Of a stretch of DNA of 64,000 nucleotides, positions 57,412-64,000 are shown piece after piece. The DNA is taken from contig CBFFRQ010000078.1 of the NCBI GenBank assembly GCA_965644315.1, forward strand, positions 310,001 to 374,000, written 5' to 3'. The translations under genes and the position numbers were made by a program. Origin of the DNA: Caecitellus pseudoparvulus (lineage: Eukaryota > Protista > Bigyra: Bicosoecida). Positions within the stretch are counted from its first letter, which is position 1, and the number at the start of each line of letters is the position of its first letter. The notes under the pieces are model-generated. The model searched no databases and had not been told where the DNA came from. It saw nothing but the letters and a program-made list of their open reading frames with translations.

Positions 57412-59510
57412 TCAACTTGAGGCTGTGCGCGTGACCACGCCCATGATCATGGTGCGGATTTTTTCGTCGTTCTTGGCGATGGTGGCCCGGATGGCGGTGA
57501 TGCGCCGGGACATCTCACGGCACTGCTCCTCTGCCACCAGCAGGCGCTTCTGGTAGGGAGCCAGCGCGTCTCGAGTCGTGCGCAGGGCACCTCCCATGCT
57601 GTCCACGTGCCTCTTGCGCTGGCCGCGCCACTGGGCAAGCTCAGCCTTCATCTCATCCAAGTCTTGCCCAACGTACTCCATGCTCTTGCCCAGAGGGTTT
57701 GTGCTCTGTACCAGGCGCTGGATGGCCTTGCGCAAGTCCTGCACGTCAGCAGTGCCGAAGGAGCCCTCCCCCGCGCGGCGTGAAATGCGGCCGAACCGAA
57801 TGCTGCCATCCTCCGCCTCCTTGCCGTCCCCGCCATCGCCCATGTCCGCCAGGATCTCCTTCGTGAGGCGGCCAGCTCCACCGCGACTGGGGTCGGCGGA
57901 GCCCCCCCCGAATACCCCTGCCTCCCCCGCCACCTCCTCGTCACTGTCACCACCGTCATCCCCCTCTGTCATCAGCCCCTTGGGCGCCGCGGTGGACACC
58001 GTGCCGTCCACCCTAGCGCCGGGCCCCGAGGCAGTGATGGTGCTGCCCCCTTCCTTCACCTTAGGGGGGCGGCGCCGGGCGGTGCTGGGGCGGATGGAGC
58101 GGGGTCCGGTGGGGGCGCCGGTATCCGGCGCAACCTCTGGCGCCAGCGCCTCAGAACCACCGGCGAAGGCACCGGCAAAGCTGCCAGCAGGCTCCCCAGT
58201 GCCGCCTTCGTCTGTCTTACCACCCCACTCTGTCGGCGCTGGAGCTGGTGCTGGAGCTGGTGCTGGAGTGGGCGCTGGCGCTGGTGCTGGCGCCGGTGCT
58301 GCTTGGGGCTGGGGGGTGCCGGCACCGGGGTAGGAGGTGGCCTGGCGCTCCCCTGCATGCACTGCCGCAACGGCTGCCGCGCCGTTGCCTCGCTGGGCGG
58401 CAATGCCGAGCAACTGCAGCAACACATTGGTGTCTGCACACTCCTTGCCAGCCATGATGTTGGTGGGGCTGGCGGGGATGAAGGTGCGGAGATCCAGCGC
58501 CACGGCGTTGATGAAGAGGTCCAAGAACACGGCCTTGTTCTCCTTCACCTTCACGGAGGAAGAGGAGGCCAGCTCAGGCGGCAGGAGGCCCGCCCCCCAC
58601 CCTGTGGCGTCCTGCACGGCGCTGAGCACATCGTGGAGGAAGCGCAGGGGGGGGCGGCCCAGCAGCTTGTCTGAGAGCTTGGGCTTGGAGATGAGGGGCT
58701 GCAGGATCTCCTGTGTCCGCCCCACGCTGCCATCGGCGCCGAAGGCCGACGGCGGCTGGAAGGCGTCGCCACTCCCTCCAGCAGCGGCGTCGGCAGGTTC
58801 AGCCATCTTGCCGCCACCGCCGTCGTCACTGCTTCGGGGGGCAGGGGCAGGCGCAGGAGGGTGGTGAGGGCGCTCTCGTGCAGGCTCAGGAGCTGGTTCA
58901 GCTTCCTTGCCATCTGATGCCTGTGGTTGGGGGGCGAGCGTGGGGCGGTTGGAGGGAGGCAGCGTTTCTGCACAAGCAGCGCCTTCCACGCACCGATGTT
59001 GGGGCGGCTGCTGCGGGCGCTGGGGCCGCTGCGGCAGCAGAAGCCCCGCCACGCGAAGCAGCTCCCTGTGCCAGACCGCGACACACCTTAGCCATTTGCT
59101 GCGGGGAGCGAGGCGAGGGCGGGGACGGGGTCGTGCGTGCAGCCTGGCGTTTCAGTCGGCGTTACGGCACACACCTGCAGCATGGCATTGGTCAGCTCAG
59201 GCTCCTTGCCGGCCATGATGGACTTGATGGAAGCCTGCACAGGCTCGCCACTCATGTCTGTGACGTAGCCAATGAGCTTCTTCAAGTACGCTGCCTTGGT
59301 GTCCTTGCTGGCATTCATTGCCTTGGAGTTCAGCTCATCGCCCACAAACACGCCTTCCGCGAAGCCACAGGCGGCAGTCAAGGCCGAGACGATGTCATGC
59401 AGGAAACGGAAGGGAGGCTTGCTCAGCAGCTTGTCAGATAGCTTGGGCTTGCTGAAGAACTGACCCAGTTCCGAGCGCGTTTCGGCGACGATGCTGCTCA
59501 GGTCAGCCAT
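57412..59510 (-). CDS. IFT54: Intraflagellar transport protein IFT54 (TRAF3IP1/MIP-T3) with two tandem CH domains
   Basis: KPKLSDKLLSKPPFRFLHDI...IMAGKEPELTNAMLQ (exon 1), a second KPKLSDKLLGRPPLRFLHDV...IMAGKECADTNVLLQ, then RPSTARRRPPKVK and the C-terminal coiled coil LRKAIQRLVQSTNPLGKSMEY. Two introns. Confidence 0.93.
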
Positions 59511-59660
59511 GGTGGCTCTGTGGTGACGTGCCTGAGCTGGGCAGTGCCCAAGCTGAGGGGCGCGAGGTGTGTGCGCCAGGGCAGGTCAGCCCGTGGCCGT
59601 AAGCATCGCGGGGTGGTTGCATTTTGCCTGGTTTGCCGCCTGGCTCGGGCGCCCCGCTCG

Positions 59661-60966
59661 TCACATCAGCACCAGCCACCCGTCACCTGCTTCCTTCCAC
59701 GCGACACGCACCTGCACATCGCCTACATCTGCCGCCGCAGCAGCAGCCTGGGTGGCCGTTGCTGCGCTCCGGCTTTCTGGCTGCAGCACCTTGAGCGTTC
59801 CCGTGCAGTGCCCTGCCAGCTGCACATCAGCAGGCCAGCCGCCTTTGGCCGTCCACTGCGTCAAGGCAGAGCAGTGGGCAGTCGCGTCGACCTGGCACTC
59901 GACTACACTCGTCGTGACAGCCGCCAATGCAGCGCCAATGTCGCTCACTTGCTGTGACGCAGTGGGCATCGCGGCGGTGGGCGAGGTCGCGCCTGTGCTG
60001 CGTTTCACCTGGGCTGCAGGTGACTCGACGGCCAGCACTGCCCTGCGCGCCACGTGGCGTGCACTGCCCCCAGCATGCTGTACTGGTGTTGTGGGTGACT
60101 CATGTTGCGCAGTGAAGGGGGAGAAACGCCTGGGGCTGGTGGCAGATGCATGCGGAGAGGGGGAAGGTGGCGAGCCTTCTGGTGCTGTGTGTGGGTTGCC
60201 AATCGAGCTTGCCGACGCCGACTCCAGAGCCGTGCCAAGCAGCAGCACCGCTGTGCGAGCCAACTGCAGGAGGCGCAGCGGGACCGGTGCTTGGAAGGCA
60301 TCCCCCACAGGCGAGCTGCGAGGCGGGGCGGGTTGCGTTGCGTTTCGGCAACGTTTCGCATGGCAGCGGCACCCACGAGTTTGAGAGGCGCAGCAGGCCT
60401 GGAAGGTCCCACAGCGCGAGGACAAATGGGAGGGTCAAGTGCTCATGTGCTCTGTGAAGGTGTGCCAGGAAGTCCCTGGCCTCAGTCAGCGATGAGACGG
60501 TCCTGCGGCAGCGCAGCAGGGAAGAGCGTTGCCAGCCAAGCCAGCCAAAGCGCCAGCAAGTGCGCGTGCCTACCGGATGCCGACGTTCCGTGCCACCCTT
60601 CGTGGCAGGGGAGCAGGCTCTATCGTCGGTGGGTCCATGTACTCCACGAGGCGGGGTGCCGTGGCGATGTGCATGTCGGCAGCGCTGCCTGTCGGCGCGA
60701 GAATGATTGCCGAGCCGCCTTCTGCCGCAGCTGCTGCGCAGTGTCGAAGAAGCAGTTGTTGGCGAAGCCTGCAGTGGGAGGCAGTGCCGTGTCCCCGAAA
60801 AGGTGCACATGAGGGGAGTTCTCGGGCAGATGTGCCGCCTGCAGTGCACGCACCATGTGTTTTCGGCTGTGTGGAGGATGCACGGTGCCGGCGTGTCGCC
60901 AGCTTCCGCAAGTTGACTCCACACACTGCCGCGGGGAGGGCAGGGGGGCGGCGGGGATGAGCTCAT
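59661..60966 (-). CDS. Hypothetical protein (exon structure unresolved)
   Basis: Overlapping minus-strand ORFs (59661..60425 and 60100..61017) with plausible splice sites. AATGCA lies ~40 nt after the 59661 stop. No recognisable domain. Confidence 0.4.
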
Positions 60967-61089
60967 GGTAGACGCAGAATGCACCCTGTTCCAGTAAGCG
61001 TTGGTGGCCAAGCACAACGCATCGGGTGGTGCCGTGCATTGTTTTGGAAGTGTGGCGGCCGCAACACTGCCACCGCAGCACGGCAGGCG

Positions 61090-62440
61090 TCACACATCCT
61101 GCTGCCCAGGCTCACCGCCCACCTTCAGGCGGGCATCCTGGTCCACGTTCCCGCCGAGGAGCGTGTCTCGCTCCTGCTGTGTGCTGGGGCTGTGGCTTGC
61201 CGCTTTGCTGGTGGCCGTGGAGCCTGACTTGCCTGACAGCTTGGCGTAGGTGTACAGAGCTGAGCCGGTGAAGGAGGTGGCGAGGCCGCCGACTGTGTAG
61301 GCTGTGGCGACGAATCCAGGGAAGAGGGCAGCCCCCACGAAGGTGCTGATGACGTCTTTCACATTGCCCGTCACAGACGTCACGACTGGGCTGTTCGTGG
61401 TGGTGCACCAGAACACGGCAAACGTCATGATGACGCCCAGGCTGGAGGCTGCCACGACGGCGATGGCCAGGGAGATGGAGTACCGCTCGTAGGCGGCGAG
61501 GTACTGCACTTCCCCAAAGATCACCATGCACAGCAAGGACAGTGGCAGCGCCACGAGGCTGTTGTAGTACACCATGCCGAAGCCCTTCACGTTGTGTTCG
61601 TCGCTGAAGCGCTTGGCGATGTTCAATTGCACTGTGTGGGGGCGGGGGGGGCATGCGGGGGCGCGGCCCAGCTCCCGCGCCACGGCTGCTGCAACGCACC
61701 AGCTGTGATGGCGTTGTTGAAGAGGGTGAAGACGAAGCCCAGCACTTCCGTCGCAAAGGTCTGCATGCCAGCGATGATGGCACCTGCCCCGATGAGTGCC
61801 ACGGACAACCTGCGTGGGCGGGGGCGGCGCGTGCCGCACGGTGGCAGGGCTGTGCCGTTGGGAGGTGCGATGCTTACATGGCCAGGCCACTTGGCTGGTT
61901 GCCGAGGATGGCCCACTCAGCAGCCATGGTGAAGATGGTGGTGGTGCGGCGCACGGCCAGGAACATGGGCACGTTGACTAGTCGCAGACCCAGGAAGCCC
62001 ACGGCGATGTTGCTGACGAACAGTGTGCCGGGCAGCAGTGCACTGCGGAGGGGGTGGCATTCGATTTCCGCAGCACGTGCACGGGCTGCAAGTGGCTCCC
62101 CCCGCACCTTTTCAGGACGCGCATGCTAAATGGAGGCACGTAGAACGCCTTGGATGAAGAGAGAAACCTCTGCACGTAAAGTCAGGGGTTGAGCAAGCTT
62201 GGGGCGTGAGATGCTGGTCCGGTTCTGGCTCTGTCACGCCAGGCTCACCTGGGCGAAGCTTGTGAACAGCAGCGCCACGAACGTCTGCCCCGCCAGCAGG
62301 GTGAAAGGGGCCTTGAAGTCGAAGGAGGAGAGGACCCCCTTGTACATCATGGAAATCACCATGCTGCAGCTGGCGTACAGCAGCAGCGACGCCAGCTTCT
62401 CAGCTGACGTCGCTTCGCCATGCTGCGCAGCAGACCCCAT
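61090..62440 (-). CDS. Nucleotide-sugar transporter, SLC35D/TPT-domain type
   Basis: LLYASCSMVISMMYKGVLSSFDF, LGLRLVNVPMFLAVRRTTTIFTMAAE, GMVYYNSLVALP and FWCTTTNSPVVTSVTGNVKD. About 10 TMs across 5 exons. Confidence 0.9.
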
Positions 62441-62621
62441 GCTGCACCAGCTCTGGCCGCAGTGCGGGGAGGCAAGCAAAACTCCACTGCGGGAAGCGCA
62501 CACACTGGGAAGCGGGAGTATCGTGCAACGCGTGCGCTTGATTGTGCTCCTGCGTCCGTGCACGCGACGCGACTTTGCGTCCGGTGGTCAGCACAGGGGG
62601 GCTCCACGCCAGTACACGGCC

Positions 62622-64000
62622 ATGGCGCGCGGCGGCAGTGACGCGCCCAACATGGCCTTTGCAGGCTGCTGCTGCTTCACGTTCTTCGTCAGGTGCGGTT
62701 CAGGGCACGGCAGGCGCGCTTCGCTCGCAGCGGCGAGGGCTCAACCCCTCACACTCTGCCACTGCCACTGCGACTGCAGCTGCTTCCTGCTCGGATTCTC
62801 CTTCGATACGCTGGCGCCCAACAGGTGCGTGCAGGCAGCAGGGCGTGGGAAATGGAAGGCAAGCCGCGCCCCATGCCGCCTTTCGCACGCTACCCCCCCT
62901 TTCTCCCGTGCAGGATGGTGAGCGTTGCCGGCCAGAGAGAGGTCCCAGCGACCTGAAGTGCCGCAGCAGCGTTGCAGCGCTGCCTCTGCACACGACGCCG
63001 ACCTCCGCCACAGTCATTCGTGTACGATGCAAACATCCAGAAGCACGAGTACGACAGGCTGTACAACCAAGAGGACGGCCAGGGTGGCCGTTTCTTCCTG
63101 GGTGCGTCCTGGTGCAGTGCCGTGGGCAAAGACTCCCCCCGTGGATATCCCCCCCCCCTCCCTTGCCTCTTGCTGCGCAGGATTGGGCCGCACATTCCTG
63201 TTTCCCTTTCCGCGTGACGTGCAGCGCATCTTGTTCAGCGCAGAGTCTGGGGCTGACTCGGATTTCATCATCGCCAAGGACTCAGAGGGCATCGACATCA
63301 GCATCTCCTGCAGCCTGCAGTACACTGTGAACCGCAACCGGGGCGAATTGAAGGCGCTGTTTGAGCGCTTCGGGTCCCTGCAGGACGCGCTGACCGACAC
63401 ACCGGAGATTGCCGACAAGTGGGGTTGGACGCCCTTCTTCATCTCGTACACCCGGACCACTGTGCGCGATGTCATGTCGCGCTACAACGCCACGTCGCTG
63501 TGGAAGGACCGCGCATCGCTGTCACGTGATATGCGAAGTGCCCTGACGGCGAAGCTGGGCGAGCACCACGTGCAGGTGCGGGGCTTCCAGCTCCTGAACA
63601 TGGACATTCCCGCCGAACTGCAAAACTCCATCATCAGCACGACGGTGGAGGCGGAGGCGGTGCTGCGGGCTCGAGAGAACCTGCGCGCCATCAACGCCAC
63701 CGTGGTCACTGACGTGGCAGTTCAATCCCGCCTGGCTGAAATCGAGCTGCTGGTGGCGCAGGCGGCAGCAGCCGAAGTGGAGGCGGGCGCCCAGGCCCGG
63801 AACGAGTCCCTCGTCCTCTCCATCGCGGCGCAGGTGGAGGCGGTGTCGTCCCTCAAACAGTGCGTTTCACCCCTGCACCCACACCAGACCTGCATGCCGG
63901 CGCAACACGTGCACCCCCCGCCCCCCCGCTCCACAGGTCCATGGGCCTCAACAGCACGGACTACTTGGCACTGCTGTACATGGACACGCTGCAGGCTGCT
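62622..64000 (+). CDS. SPFH/band-7 domain membrane protein (partial; continues past the right edge)
   Basis: N-terminal anchor (CCCFTFFV/SCFLLGFSFDTL). Manual translation from ~63180 gives FPRDVQRILF...AKDSEGIDISISCSLQY...VRDVMSRYNATSLWKDR...QVRGFQLLNMDIPAELQNSI, followed by an Ala/Glu coiled coil. Confidence 0.8.

Noticed and set aside
58236-58300. GCTGGA/GCTGGT-type short repeats (also ~17780-17830)
   Set aside because: They encode ordinary Pro-Ala linkers within proteins.
59087-59098. Apparent 12-nt microexon (CAAATGGCTAAG followed by GTGTGT) in IFT54
   Set aside because: The frame reads through as QMAKVCRGLAQG...APTS to a better donor near 58993. The microexon model needs an implausible ~21-nt intron.
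1-59510. Three ciliary genes (dynein, CFAP251, IFT54) read as a functional cluster
   Set aside because: They are tens of kb apart among unrelated genes and I found no shared upstream motif. This density is plausible by chance in a flagellate.

Overview
Gene-dense, GC-rich eukaryotic nuclear DNA from a flagellated protist. A heterotrophic stramenopile-like origin is an inference, not proven. I resolve about 22 protein-coding genes, most with short (roughly 60-100 nt) GT-AG introns, so most entries in the ORF track are exon fragments or antisense shadows. Recognisable genes: an axonemal outer-arm (gamma/DNAH5-type) dynein heavy chain (partial), acid ceramidase/NAAA, DDX24/MAK5, an SCP2-FYVE-TM-ABC1 kinase-beta-lactamase-fold fusion, an RCC1-repeat protein, CFAP251/WDR66, Nup107, a Cys-rich zinc-finger protein, three paralogous type I surface proteins, a P2X-like channel, a PH-domain protein, DUF1365, PGK, an ankyrin protein, IFT54 with two CH domains, an SLC35D-type transporter and an SPFH protein (partial). 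The strongest non-obvious signals are three. (1) Three tandem box C/D snoRNAs with guides complementary to 18S and 28S rRNA sit inside one oversized intron. (2) The hexamer AATGCA lies on the sense strand just after, or overlapping, the stop codon of 14 of 20 complete genes, a candidate non-canonical polyadenylation signal. (3) A roughly 6.5-kb palindrome is formed by two head-to-head surface-protein genes with patchy divergence around an asymmetric 526-bp spacer, next to a third paralog. I saw no rRNA, tRNA, CRISPR array or transposon.
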